A stretch of DNA of 30,810 bases from a virus (IMGVR_UViG_3300030708_000581:1-30810); one strand, 5' to 3'. Numbered from the stretch's first letter, positions 1 to 8,927 are shown. Translations and numbers: made by a program. Notes: a model not told the origin generated them from the letters alone.

Positions 1-179
1 CTTGGTATGACAATGGCCAGATCAGCGGCATACAGGAAACAAGGCTGCGGGATAGCCAGGATTGGGTCGTTAATACAGCCAAGTTCACTGCTGTAGTAGG
101 CACGGCCCTGCGTGAGGGTGCTGACGTGTCTGTCTACGTCGATTGTGATCCTGCGGAACTGGGCCTGGAGGATCTGTGA
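1..179 (+). CDS. 3' end of a hypothetical protein (truncated by window edge)
   Basis: Open frame from position 3 (WYDNGQISGIQETR...LGLEDL) to TGA 177-179, which overlaps the GTG of the next gene (GTGA). Confidence 0.6.
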   Translation, partial: WYDNGQISGIQETRLRDSQDWVVNTAKFTAVVGTALREGADVSVYVDCDPAELGLEDL

Positions 180-2560
180 CGGCTTCGCCTAGTGCTGGTG
201 AGCAGCGCAAGTTTTTAGCCAACACCATCGACCCGCGCAGTGGTGTTGCGGGTGTGCCTGAGAGCTACTATCGCAAGGCGCTGGATCTGAACCGCTTCAG
301 CAATAGCGTTGCCAATAAGCTGCTGGAGTCTTACCGGCGGCAGATCGTCAAAGCTGTGCGGGAGCTGGAGCGCATCGACAAGATGCCCAGCAGCAGAAAA
401 CCGCAGTTCAAGGCCGCAAGGATGCGGGCCCTGATCAAGCAAAACCTGGACGCTATGAAGAAGTGGTCTGGGCAGAGCGTTGAGGAGCTGATTAAACAGC
501 TAGACGGCTTGGCTGATATTGAAGTTGCGTTTGCCCAGGCAGAGCTACAGCGGGTAGTGCCTGCAGCGGTCAAAACTCAGGTGCGGACTGTTGAGGTCAC
601 AGAATCTTTTGCCAAGGCTGTTGTGAAAGCTGACCCGTTGGATGTGGGCACCAACCTCTTACAGGGCAGTTTCGAGGAGGCCGTGAAGGGGCCAGGCTCA
701 GTGATGAAGCTGACGGCGCGGCAAGGCGCTGTGATCCGGATGCCTGATGGCACCAGCATCGTTAAGGCGTTTCGTGGGCTAGCTGAACGCCAGGGCGAGT
801 TGTTTTCTCGTGCGGTTCTGGATGGCCTGCTTACGGGCGAAAGTACGGAATCAATCGCCCGGTCTCTGTATGGAGAGCTGGGGTTTTCGACTGAGGCCCT
901 GACCCCACGCCAAGTTGCCTTGGCTCAAAAGGGCAACGCCTGGAAGATGGCGAAGCATCAGGTTCGGACGTTGGTGCGGACCAGCGTCAACGCCACGTCA
1001 AACGCCGCAAGCCTGCAGGTTTACAAGGCCAATCCCAAGTTGACGAAGAAGTACAGGTGGATTGCCACGCTGGACAGCAACACCACGGCGATCTGCCGGA
1101 ACCTTGACCAGCAGGAGTTTTTCTACGGCAAGGGGCCGACACCAGCTAATCCGCCACACTTCGGCTGCCGGTCTACGACGGTGCCGGTCATTGATTATGC
1201 GGGCGCATCTAAGAGGTTTGGCGTTGAGATAAAACCGCCTAGCTCCAAGATTGGCTATCGCCCAACAAAGGAGGGCACGCCGGGTAGTAAAGACCCCAAA
1301 GGTGGCCGGGTGCCTGTGGGCACTAGCGCAGCACAGCACCTGTACGACCTGCGGGGCACAACCAAGGCGGGCCGCAAGTCGAGGTTCGAGGCCAGCCCGG
1401 CTCAGGCCCGGATGCTAAACGGTGGCAAGGCAACGCCTGGGGCGTTTGAGAAGGCGCGTTATTTCAACCGCCTGGCTGATCGCTATGGCCCAGAAGGAGC
1501 CATGAAGCGGTTCATGCGTGAGGACGGCTCAGAGGTGAGCCTGAGGGAGCTGCGGTCGCGATATGGACAGCCGGACAAGATCACACGAGGCAAGAAAGCT
1601 GCGGCCCCGAAGCCCAAGCCAAAGCCCAAGGCAAAACCTAAAGCAGCACCGACGCCTAAGCCTGAACAAATCTCGCCTGATGTGCAGCGCAGCTTTATTG
1701 AGGGTCATTTCTTTGGCCAGCGTCAAAAGCTGAGCAATCAAGACGTAGCCGACAGCTTGGAGATCGTGGCAAAAGAAGACTCAGAGGTGGGCCGCAACTT
1801 CACCAAGATGCTTGAGTTTGTGCGTCGTAAGAACATCTCAACCGTTTGGTCAAATGGCCGAGAGAAGGCCTTTGGCCGTGGGCCCAACTTTGACCACTGG
1901 AAAAACGACACGCTGATTCAGTCAATGAAAGACGGCGTTGCGCGGGCACCTGATGAGCGCGGGGCCAGAATTGTTGGCGATGTGGTCAAGGATCTGGAGA
2001 AGGGCCAGGTTTCTACGTTCCTGAATCGCTTCGGATCTGTCAGCAGAGGCGCAGCCGGTCACACGGTCAATGGTGGGGGCTTCATTGTGTTGAAGCAGAC
2101 CAGCCGCCAGGTCAAGATCAAGGCGCGAGAACTGACCAGGACAAAAGAAGCGGTGCTCCGTAGTGTTGAGGATGCAGCTGCAGGCAAACCTAAGTTTGTG
2201 ACCAACTCAGACCTGTACGGCGTGACTGGCAAAACAACCGTGGACACTAAAGACGGATGGTTGGCCACTTTTGTGCATGAGGTTGGCCACCAAGTCCACT
2301 TCAACGCTGGCAAGCCTTCAATCATGCGAAGCCTTATGAAGGAAAACCCAGGCCTTCGTGCTGACAAGCTGTCGAAATTGCAGCTAGAGCTAGAAATCAG
2401 GAAGGCCAACTGGGTGCCGTCTAAATACGGCGCGACAAATGGCATGGAACAGTTTGCCGAAACCTTTGTGCAATACGTCTTTGCTCCGTCAGCACTTAAA
2501 AAAGCCAACCCAGCGGCTTACAGCTGGATCGATGCAGCTTTAGAGGAGGGCCTCAAATGA
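176..2560 (+). CDS. MuF / SPP1 gp7-family minor head protein with C-terminal zincin metallopeptidase-like extension
   Basis: MuF motifs RTLVRT, WIATLDSNTTAICRNLD and PPHFGCRST; Pro/Lys linker; C-terminal HEVGH (2276-2290) and EQFAETF (2447-2467); lies upstream of scaffold and capsid genes. Confidence 0.85.
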   Translation: MTASPSAGEQRKFLANTIDPRSGVAGVPESYYRKALDLNRFSNSVANKLLESYRRQIVKAVRELERIDKMPSSRKPQFKAARMRALIKQNLDAMKKWSGQSVEELIKQLDGLADIEVAFAQAELQRVVPAAVKTQVRTVEVTESFAKAVVKADPLDVGTNLLQGSFEEAVKGPGSVMKLTARQGAVIRMPDGTSIVKAFRGLAERQGELFSRAVLDGLLTGESTESIARSLYGELGFSTEALTPRQVALAQKGNAWKMAKHQVRTLVRTSVNATSNAASLQVYKANPKLTKKYRWIATLDSNTTAICRNLDQQEFFYGKGPTPANPPHFGCRSTTVPVIDYAGASKRFGVEIKPPSSKIGYRPTKEGTPGSKDPKGGRVPVGTSAAQHLYDLRGTTKAGRKSRFEASPAQARMLNGGKATPGAFEKARYFNRLADRYGPEGAMKRFMREDGSEVSLRELRSRYGQPDKITRGKKAAAPKPKPKPKAKPKAAPTPKPEQISPDVQRSFIEGHFFGQRQKLSNQDVADSLEIVAKEDSEVGRNFTKMLEFVRRKNISTVWSNGREKAFGRGPNFDHWKNDTLIQSMKDGVARAPDERGARIVGDVVKDLEKGQVSTFLNRFGSVSRGAAGHTVNGGGFIVLKQTSRQVKIKARELTRTKEAVLRSVEDAAAGKPKFVTNSDLYGVTGKTTVDTKDGWLATFVHEVGHQVHFNAGKPSIMRSLMKENPGLRADKLSKLQLELEIRKANWVPSKYGATNGMEQFAETFVQYVFAPSALKKANPAAYSWIDAALEEGLK

Positions 2561-2748
2561 CCATTGACGAAGCCGTTGAGCTTGTAGGGACGTGGCCTAA
2601 AAACCGCAGCGTTCCTCGCAAGTTGTCGGAAGCGATCTTGAAAGCCAGGGGGATGCAGCGCCTAGAGCTGGGTCTACTCACAGAGGTGCTCATGACTGCA
2701 TCTGTAAAACAGGCAGATTTTGAGCTGATTGAGAAGTATCTGGGCTGA
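2557..2748 (+). CDS. small hypothetical protein, candidate immunity partner of the MuF extension
   Basis: 63 aa; ATGA overlap with the MuF stop; AGAGGAGG upstream. The immunity role is inferred from position only. Confidence 0.6.
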   Translation: MTIDEAVELVGTWPKNRSVPRKLSEAILKARGMQRLELGLLTEVLMTASVKQADFELIEKYLG

Positions 2749-2781
2749 AGTTAGGCTGTAGGTGCTGTTAGGGCCTGTCCC

Positions 2782-2904
2782 ATGCAACTCCACAGCAAAT
2801 TCAAGTTCAAACCGACCACTGAGGAGGCTCCGGCCTGTCCTCCCAAAAAGCCCGCTGCCAAGAAAAAAGCAGCTAAAACAGGGGCATCTAAGGAGGACAG
2901 CTGA
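2782..2904 (+). CDS. 40-aa Lys/Ala-rich micro-protein
   Basis: Hand-translated MQLHSKFKFKPTTEEAPACPPKKPAAKKKAAKTGASKEDS; the stop overlaps the next ATG (TGATG). Not in the ORF track. Confidence 0.65.
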   Translation: MQLHSKFKFKPTTEEAPACPPKKPAAKKKAAKTGASKEDS

Positions 2905-2975
2905 TGCCTGGTTACAAAGGCCCCATGAAGCCCCAGAAACCTGCGGGCAAGAAAAAGCCTAAGAAGAAGAAGTAA
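2904..2975 (+). CDS. 23-aa Lys-rich micro-protein
   Basis: MPGYKGPMKPQKPAGKKKPKKKK; AAGGAGG at 2890-2896; TGATG and TAATG overlaps at the two ends. Confidence 0.65.
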   Translation: MPGYKGPMKPQKPAGKKKPKKKK

Positions 2976-3214
2976 TGGCCCGGAAGATGCGGCGCGTTGC
3001 TAAGGACAAGGCCACTGGCCTGCCGAAGAAGTACCTGTCGGGTGCTAAAAACCGCGCTGCTAAGGCCCGTGAACTGAAGCGCACCGCCGAGGCCTACAAG
3101 CGCGGCGAATACATCGACATTAAAGCCGTTTCCGCATCGAGGGTGAAGCAAGGTGGCACCAAAAAGAAAACCACTAAACGCCGAAACAAAAGCGTCACTA
3201 AGAAAAAAGGCTAA
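2975..3214 (+). CDS. basic hypothetical protein
   Basis: 79 aa, very Lys/Arg-rich, translationally coupled to the upstream ORF (TAATG). Confidence 0.75.
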   Translation: MARKMRRVAKDKATGLPKKYLSGAKNRAAKARELKRTAEAYKRGEYIDIKAVSASRVKQGGTKKKTTKRRNKSVTKKKG

Positions 3215-3446
3215 AAGCTCTGGGTTCTCTTACGAGAAGCTGGAAAAGGTCTACCGTCGCGGCCAAGGCGCTTACTTGGCGGGCGGATCGCGCAACGTGT
3301 CGATGGAGGCCTGGGCCATGGGCCGGGTCAATAGCTTTGTGACTGGCAAGGGCAAGGCGAGACAGGCAGATGCGGACCTGTTGCGGCCAAAATCAAAGGC
3401 CAAGCCCAAGGCAAAAGCTAAAACGCGCACTAGGAAGCGGAAGTAA
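3153..3446 (+). CDS. basic hypothetical protein (resembles DUF5824-like viral proteins)
   Basis: LEKVYRRGQGAY...AWAMGRVNSFV resembles a family seen in marine phages and large DNA viruses (from recall); GTG start; TAATG coupling downstream. Confidence 0.7.
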   Translation: MAPKRKPLNAETKASLRKKAKSSGFSYEKLEKVYRRGQGAYLAGGSRNVSMEAWAMGRVNSFVTGKGKARQADADLLRPKSKAKPKAKAKTRTRKRK

Positions 3447-3724
3447 TGGCCAGCATCGAAAAGGGAGGCCACCGCTTTGAGGGTCTCAACAAACCGATCA
3501 TGACCCCCAACCACCCGAAGTACGCGGCTGCGGTTGTCACCAAGGTGGACGGCAAAGAAAAGCTGCTGAGGTTTGGCCTTCAGGGGGCAAAGCGTTTCCC
3601 AAAACGTGAGGGTGAAAGCAAAGCCGCTGCTGAAGCCCGCAAAAATTGGAAAGCCCGGCACGCGCAAAACATCAAACGTGGGCCAAGTTCAAAGGCTTAC
3701 TGGGCGAACCGTTTTCTTTGGTAG
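3446..3724 (+). CDS. basic hypothetical phage protein
   Basis: 92 aa; KLLRFG...ARKNWKARH...AYWANRFLW pattern typical of a small basic marine-virus family. Confidence 0.75.
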   Translation: MASIEKGGHRFEGLNKPIMTPNHPKYAAAVVTKVDGKEKLLRFGLQGAKRFPKREGESKAAAEARKNWKARHAQNIKRGPSSKAYWANRFLW

Positions 3725-3759
3725 TAAGTTTGGCCAGTAATTAACCTTACGGGTTATTC

Positions 3760-4461
3760 ATGTCTGAAGAACAACTGCAAGAGGCTACGCCAACAGCAGA
3801 CGTCAGTGAACTAGACCTGCTCAGAAGCAGCATTGAGGCATTAGAGCGCAAAAATCACGAACTGATTGGCAAGCTCAAGAAAGCCAAATCAGTGCCCGAT
3901 GGCGTGAATGTCCAGGAGTTAATGGACTTCAAAGCAAAGGCAGAGCAAGAACAGCTGGAGTCACAGGGCAAGTACAGCGAAGCGTTGCAGGCCAGAGAAC
4001 AGCAGTTCCGTGAAAACAGCGCCAAAAAAGATGAGCGCATTGCAGAGCTTGAAGCCCGTGTGCGTGATTTAGAGCTGACTGCCCCAGCTGTTAGTGCCCT
4101 CTCAGACGTTGTGCATGACCCTGATCTAGTCATGCGGAACTTCCTGAAGGACAAAGAAATTCAACAGGGCAACAATGGCCCGGTGGTGGTTGATGGTTAT
4201 GAGCGAATCCCAGTCGCTGACTGGGCTCGTAACAATGTGCCGGACTGGGTGCAAAAGGCTCCCAAGCCCCAGGGCGGTGGCGCACCTGCAGCGCGTAGTG
4301 CATCAAGCGGCGGCCTTGATCCTGATTTGCTGCGTGAATTGACGACTGGGGGGATCAATCGCGGGATTAACCAGAAGGTATTAGGCAGGGTTTATCAATT
4401 ACACCCCGAAAATTGGCAGGATTACAAAGCTGAGGCGGAAAGACGTTTGCGCGAGCGTTAA
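3760..4461 (+). CDS. capsid scaffolding protein
   Basis: Acidic N-terminus, long coiled coil, KPQGGGAP linker and short C-terminal helix; immediately upstream of the capsid gene. Confidence 0.8.
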   Translation: MSEEQLQEATPTADVSELDLLRSSIEALERKNHELIGKLKKAKSVPDGVNVQELMDFKAKAEQEQLESQGKYSEALQAREQQFRENSAKKDERIAELEARVRDLELTAPAVSALSDVVHDPDLVMRNFLKDKEIQQGNNGPVVVDGYERIPVADWARNNVPDWVQKAPKPQGGGAPAARSASSGGLDPDLLRELTTGGINRGINQKVLGRVYQLHPENWQDYKAEAERRLRER

Positions 4462-4534
4462 TATGAAGCAACTGGCAACGCTACGCCGAGCCAATCGGGT
4501 TACGCCCACACCGTAAACACTATTTCAGGAGATC

Positions 4535-5563
4535 ATGGCCACCCTTCGGTCAGACTTGATCATCCCTGAGGTATTCAGCCCCTACGTCATCGAGGAATCA
4601 ACCCGTTCCGACGCATTTTTGCAGTCGGGTGTGGTGCAACCGATGGCCGAGCTGAATACTTCCGGCGATGGCAGCGGAGATTTCGTCTCCGTGCCTTTTT
4701 ATAAGGCGAACCTTTCTGGTGACTTTGAGGTGCTGACCGACAGCACGTCATTGACTCCAGGCAAAATTGAGGCAGACCGTCAGATCGGCGTGCTGCTTCG
4801 GAGAGGCCGGGCCTTTGAGGCACGCGACCTCGCTGCGTTGGCATCTGGCTCGGACCCCATCGGAGCCATTGGCCAGAAAATGGCCAAATACGTCAACCAC
4901 CAAAAGCAGAAAGATCTCATCTCCTGCCTGTCTGGTGTGTTTGGTTCGCTGAACGCCAACGATTCCAACAGCGCCTTCTTCGGCCTTTGCTTGGATTCTG
5001 AATCTGGCGATTCACCCACCTCGCTGACGCCTAGCCACGTTGCACGCGCTAAGAACCTTCTGGGCGACCAGGGCGACAAGCTGACCGCCGTGGTTATGCA
5101 CAGTGCAACGTATTACGAGTTGGTCGAAAGGCGTGCCGTGGATTTCGTCGCAGCAGGCGATACCACTGCAGGCGCAACCGCAAGCGGTGGTTCCTTTGAG
5201 GGTGCCTTTGGTAACCCCACTGTGCCCGTGTTTATGGGCCTTCGGGTTGTGGTTTCAGATGACGTTCAAACCACAGGCAGCGGCGCTTCCACGGAGTATG
5301 CCGTTTACTTCATGACCCAGGGCGCTGTCGGCGGTTCTGAGCACACTGCGCTCACAACCGAAACTGACCGCGATATTTTAGCCCTTTCCGACGCGATGAG
5401 CATTTCGCTCGGGTACTGCTACCACCCGATCGGCGCTAAGTGGGGCGTGACTACGGTCAACCCGACTCGCTCTCAGCTGGAAACCGTGGCCAACTGGTCG
5501 AAGGTGTACGAAACCAAGAACATTGGTATCGTCCGCGCGACCGTTGTGAGTTCCCTTGACTGA
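4535..5563 (+). CDS. major capsid protein
   Basis: 342 aa; DLIIPEVF.PYV...AFLQSGVV N-terminus, MHSATY, ETDRDIL and NWSKVYETKNI; CAGGAG RBS. Confidence 0.9.
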   Translation: MATLRSDLIIPEVFSPYVIEESTRSDAFLQSGVVQPMAELNTSGDGSGDFVSVPFYKANLSGDFEVLTDSTSLTPGKIEADRQIGVLLRRGRAFEARDLAALASGSDPIGAIGQKMAKYVNHQKQKDLISCLSGVFGSLNANDSNSAFFGLCLDSESGDSPTSLTPSHVARAKNLLGDQGDKLTAVVMHSATYYELVERRAVDFVAAGDTTAGATASGGSFEGAFGNPTVPVFMGLRVVVSDDVQTTGSGASTEYAVYFMTQGAVGGSEHTALTTETDRDILALSDAMSISLGYCYHPIGAKWGVTTVNPTRSQLETVANWSKVYETKNIGIVRATVVSSLD

Positions 5564-5581
5564 CCTAGGAGGTAACTAACC

Positions 5582-5947
5582 ATGGCATCCAAGTTTGAGG
5601 CAACGGCGGGCAAACTCATTGGCCCGACCACTGGCGGCACTGTGACCCAGGCCACCAACAAGACAACCGGGGTGACGCTTAACGCTGCATCCGGTCAAAT
5701 CACCATGAACGGCGCTGAGCTTGCTGCTGGCGCTGAAGCCACTTTCGCTGTGACCAACAGCGAGGTGGCGGCAACAGATGTTGTCGTTGCTGTTCACGGC
5801 TCTGCCGGAACTGCTGGCAGCTATCTGGTGCAAGCAAACACGATGGCGGCAGGTTCCTTCAACCTGACCGTTTCCAACGTGTCTGCTGGCGCTCTGTCAG
5901 AGGCCATCGTCATCAACTTTGTTGCCCTTAAAGGCGCTTCTAGCTGA
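5582..5947 (+). CDS. capsid decoration / head spike-like protein
   Basis: 121 aa, Ala/Thr/Gly beta-rich, directly after the capsid gene; AGGAGG RBS; paralogous to 11985-12404. Confidence 0.6.
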   Translation: MASKFEATAGKLIGPTTGGTVTQATNKTTGVTLNAASGQITMNGAELAAGAEATFAVTNSEVAATDVVVAVHGSAGTAGSYLVQANTMAAGSFNLTVSNVSAGALSEAIVINFVALKGASS

Positions 5948-6123
5948 TGGCTTTGTTCGCTTTCAAGCGACTACGGGATCAGAAGGCTGCTGCGGAAGCG
6001 GCGGCCTCTGCCCCTTCTAAGACTGAACCTAAGACCACCACCCGCAAGGCCAATGGCAGTAACAATCGTCGCAACAGCGGGCGGGGCAAGCTCCAACAGC
6101 TACATGACGCTGGCGGAAGCTGA
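5947..6123 (+). CDS. 58-aa hypothetical protein
   Basis: MALFAFKRLRDQKAAAEAAASAPSKTEPK...; TGATG coupling; fills the gap and overlaps the next gene by 71 nt. Not in the ORF track. Confidence 0.6.
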   Translation: MALFAFKRLRDQKAAAEAAASAPSKTEPKTTTRKANGSNNRRNSGRGKLQQLHDAGGS

Positions 6124-6613
6124 TGCCTACGTTGACGCCATGGTTTTGGGCACTGATGCCGCTAAGTGGGGCAGCGCAACAGATGACCAAAAGAACCGGG
6201 CCCTGGCCACGGCTACACAGCGGCTAGACCGGGAAAGATTTTTAGGGGCCAAGGCAACCGACACGCAGGCGCTGGAGTGGCCGCGTACAGGTGTCAGGAA
6301 GCCATCGACGTACATAAACACATACGCAACGGGGTTTCCGTTTCGTATCGCCGACGATTTCTTCACTGATACAGAAATCCCGTCGCAGATTCAACACGCT
6401 CAGATTGAGCTAGCGGTCTACCTGCACAGCAACAAAGACGGCATCAGCCTGGGCGGTCTTGAAGATTTCAAGAGCGTGCAAGTGGGCAGCATTTCAGTTG
6501 TGCCTGATAAGACCGGCTCCGTGGGTGCTGATCGTGTGCCGCCCATGTTTGAAAGGTATCTGCACAGCCTTAGAATCAGTGGACCAGGCAACATCGCTGT
6601 AAAACGGAGCTGA
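6053..6613 (+). CDS. head-tail adaptor protein (DnaT-like/gp15-type)
   Basis: NSYMTLAEADAY...ALATAT..LD...QALEWPR signature; position after the capsid genes. Confidence 0.85.
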   Translation: MAVTIVATAGGASSNSYMTLAEADAYVDAMVLGTDAAKWGSATDDQKNRALATATQRLDRERFLGAKATDTQALEWPRTGVRKPSTYINTYATGFPFRIADDFFTDTEIPSQIQHAQIELAVYLHSNKDGISLGGLEDFKSVQVGSISVVPDKTGSVGADRVPPMFERYLHSLRISGPGNIAVKRS

Positions 6614-6617
6614 TCCA

Positions 6618-6842
6618 ATGCACATGGGATGCCAAGGTGAATCAATCACCGGAACAGATGCGAGGACTGGACGCTTTGGGGCGATCTTGTTCAAAGAAGA
6701 CACGGTGATCGATGCAATTACCGCTGATAGCTATACAGGTGATTCCCTGGCGGGTGAAACCTTTGTGGCCCGTACCGTCATTTACGGCGTGTTCACCAGC
6801 ATCCAGCTGACCAGCGGTGCTGCTATTGCTTACAAGCTCTAA
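6618..6842 (+). CDS. small virion-associated hypothetical protein
   Basis: 74 aa, beta-rich, ends IYGVFTSIQLTSGAAIAYKL; TAATG coupling. Confidence 0.7.
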   Translation: MHMGCQGESITGTDARTGRFGAILFKEDTVIDAITADSYTGDSLAGETFVARTVIYGVFTSIQLTSGAAIAYKL

Positions 6843-7204
6843 TGGCTCTCGGTGACACTCTGGCGGCCAAGCTAGCCCCAATCATTGGAGGAACGGTTCT
6901 CGCTGGGGATGTGACTGTGCGGGTGGTGACAGGTGGCACCTACAACACCACGTCGGGCGAAGTGAACGAATCGGTCTCTGACACGGCGATCAAAGGCGTG
7001 GTGTCTGATGTCAACGTGCGCGAGGCCAACGAACTGATTCAGGCTGGCGACAAAAAGCTAACGATTGCGGCGGCTGACGTAACGGCAGCACCTAAGACAA
7101 AGGATCGCGTGGTGATTAGCAGCGTGGTCTATCAAGTCATCCAGGTGCAGACAGAGCAGCTGAACGGTGTAGACATCTCTTATAACCTGTTCTTGAGGGC
7201 CTGA
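6842..7204 (+). CDS. head closure / head-tail joining protein
   Basis: 120 aa; GTYNTTSGE...LIQAGDKKLTI pattern; synteny. Confidence 0.7.
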   Translation: MALGDTLAAKLAPIIGGTVLAGDVTVRVVTGGTYNTTSGEVNESVSDTAIKGVVSDVNVREANELIQAGDKKLTIAAADVTAAPKTKDRVVISSVVYQVIQVQTEQLNGVDISYNLFLRA

Positions 7205-7206
7205 TC

Positions 7207-7686
7207 ATGTCTAGGTTGCGTGAGCTGGGCTTTGACGACGTTGAGGACTATTTGGAGAACCTGGGCAATCAATACGCTCAGCAGACCGTTTTAGAGGCTG
7301 ACAAATTGCTTAAAGAAGCAACCCCATCAACAACTGGCAGGCTGCGGGTAAGTTGGCAGATCGGTGAAAACGCTATAAGTCGCGCTTCAAAAAAACCCGG
7401 CCAGTATTCGGAAGCTAAAGGACAAAACATTCCTGAACCTAGGGGAATCAACTACAAGCCAGGCACTGAGAGGATCGGCAACGTCTACAACATCCACAAC
7501 GCTGTCGAATACGCCGAGCCGGTCTGCATGGGGACCGCGTTGCCACCTTCATGGGGCGGAAAGTTCAAGACTTTGCAGGCCACAGAGGCAGGCTTCCCAG
7601 AGCGCATCACAAAGGATTTGCAGGTTGATTCACAGAGGCGTTTCAATCAATCTGTGAGAGATGCACAGAGAGGAGGCATCATCTGA
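7207..7686 (+). CDS. neck / tail completion protein (HK97 gp10-like)
   Basis: TPSTTGRLRVSW and NAVEYAEPV motifs. Confidence 0.75.
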   Translation: MSRLRELGFDDVEDYLENLGNQYAQQTVLEADKLLKEATPSTTGRLRVSWQIGENAISRASKKPGQYSEAKGQNIPEPRGINYKPGTERIGNVYNIHNAVEYAEPVCMGTALPPSWGGKFKTLQATEAGFPERITKDLQVDSQRRFNQSVRDAQRGGII

Positions 7687-8111
7687 TGGCTGCAGCTGAT
7701 CTGAACGAAGTGCGTGCCACGATCGAAGGTCGGTTGGCCACTGAGCTGCAAAAAGCCCAACCTGTCCCGGTGGTGTTCCACAACATGGCGTTCGAGCCAA
7801 CACCAAACAGCACCTGGGTCCAGTGCCTGACCTCCTTTGGGACCAACCAATATCTGAGCCACGGTCTGTCCACCAACGCTCGCAACCGGATAACTGGGTT
7901 GCTGCTTATCAACATTTTTTCCGGCAAAGGGGTAGGCCCAGGGGCTAATTACAAGATTGGAAATCGAATCCGTGACCTTTACAATAGGGCCAACGTGTCG
8001 GGGGTTTTCTTCGACGCCCCAATCGGCCCCACGGCACTGGCTTCGCCAGAGCCAGAAGGCTACTTTCAAACTCAGGTCCGTGTGACCTTTGAATTTATCG
8101 AGGAACTCTGA
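7686..8111 (+). CDS. tail terminator protein
   Basis: 141 aa; N..FEP..NSTW...GLLLINIF...G.G...YFQTQV pattern; directly before the tail tube gene. Confidence 0.75.
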   Translation: MAAADLNEVRATIEGRLATELQKAQPVPVVFHNMAFEPTPNSTWVQCLTSFGTNQYLSHGLSTNARNRITGLLLINIFSGKGVGPGANYKIGNRIRDLYNRANVSGVFFDAPIGPTALASPEPEGYFQTQVRVTFEFIEEL

Positions 8112-8113
8112 CC

Positions 8114-8536
8114 ATGGCCACCATTCGCGGCGAAGCTGGTTCAGTTGAATTTGAGACTGGCAGCGACAGCCTTGGCACTGTTGTGGGCACCCGCAGCTGG
8201 AGCCTGTCGATCACCAAGGAAACCCTTGACACCACCGTTCACGGAAACACCTTCCGGCAATTTGTCGGCAGCATGATCAGCGGTTCTGGCACCGTTGAGC
8301 TGGTTTATGACCCTGATGCGACAGGCCAGGCCGGTTTTATTGAAGATGTGATCAAGACTGGCGATGCGGCTGATGCGTCGTTTGAGCTGTTCACCACTGG
8401 CAACACCAACGGCACAGATTCCGTTTCTTTTGGCGGCATCATCACTGACATGGAAATTAGTTCCACAGTTGGTGAATTGGTGATTGTGTCTTGCAACTTC
8501 ATCACCAGCTCTACTATCACTTCTAACCTTGAGTGA
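8114..8536 (+). CDS. major tail tube protein
   Basis: RSWSLSITKETLDTT.HG...GSGTVEL pattern; precedes chaperone and tape measure genes. Confidence 0.85.
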   Translation: MATIRGEAGSVEFETGSDSLGTVVGTRSWSLSITKETLDTTVHGNTFRQFVGSMISGSGTVELVYDPDATGQAGFIEDVIKTGDAADASFELFTTGNTNGTDSVSFGGIITDMEISSTVGELVIVSCNFITSSTITSNLE

Positions 8537-8573
8537 TAAGGCTATAGTTTGGACGTATTGTTCAAGCTATTAA

Positions 8574-8927
8574 ATGCCCGCTTCGACGCGATTTGTGGAC
8601 GAGCTGGTTGGGGCGTTTGACCTCAACCAGCGCCGCAAGTTTGAGATGAAGTTGCCAACAGGCAAAACTGCTGATCTGTATTTTCGGCCAATTACACGGG
8701 CAGATCGCAAGAAAGCACAGCAGCTGGCGGGCACTGAAGAAGCCTTAGACATCTCCACTCAAATGCTTTGCCAGATGGCTGAGCTGGAGGATGGAAGCAA
8801 AGCGTTTGCCGCTGCGGACGTTGCCAAACTGCAACGCAGACTGCCTGAGGCGGTGCTGAATGAGCTTGAGTTGTTCTTGTTTGGGCTTGGCGATGATGCT
8901 GACATGCAAGACGCAAAAAACGACTGA
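8574..8927 (+). CDS. tail assembly chaperone (lambda G-like)
   Basis: 117 aa between the tube and TMP genes; ends ...DAKND with slippery heptamer A AAA AAC at 8915-8921. Confidence 0.8.
   Translation: MPASTRFVDELVGAFDLNQRRKFEMKLPTGKTADLYFRPITRADRKKAQQLAGTEEALDISTQMLCQMAELEDGSKAFAAADVAKLQRRLPEAVLNELELFLFGLGDDADMQDAKND

Noticed and set aside
2762-2962. 66-aa ORF from the track
   Set aside because: Two coupled Lys-rich ORFs in other frames (2782-2904, 2904-2975) have an RBS and stop/start overlaps and explain the region better.
1622-3422. Near-identical AAGCCCAAGGCAAAA(C/G)CTAAA at ~1622 and ~3402
   Set aside because: Low-complexity Lys/Pro/Ala coding explains it; no evidence for a mobile or recombination repeat.
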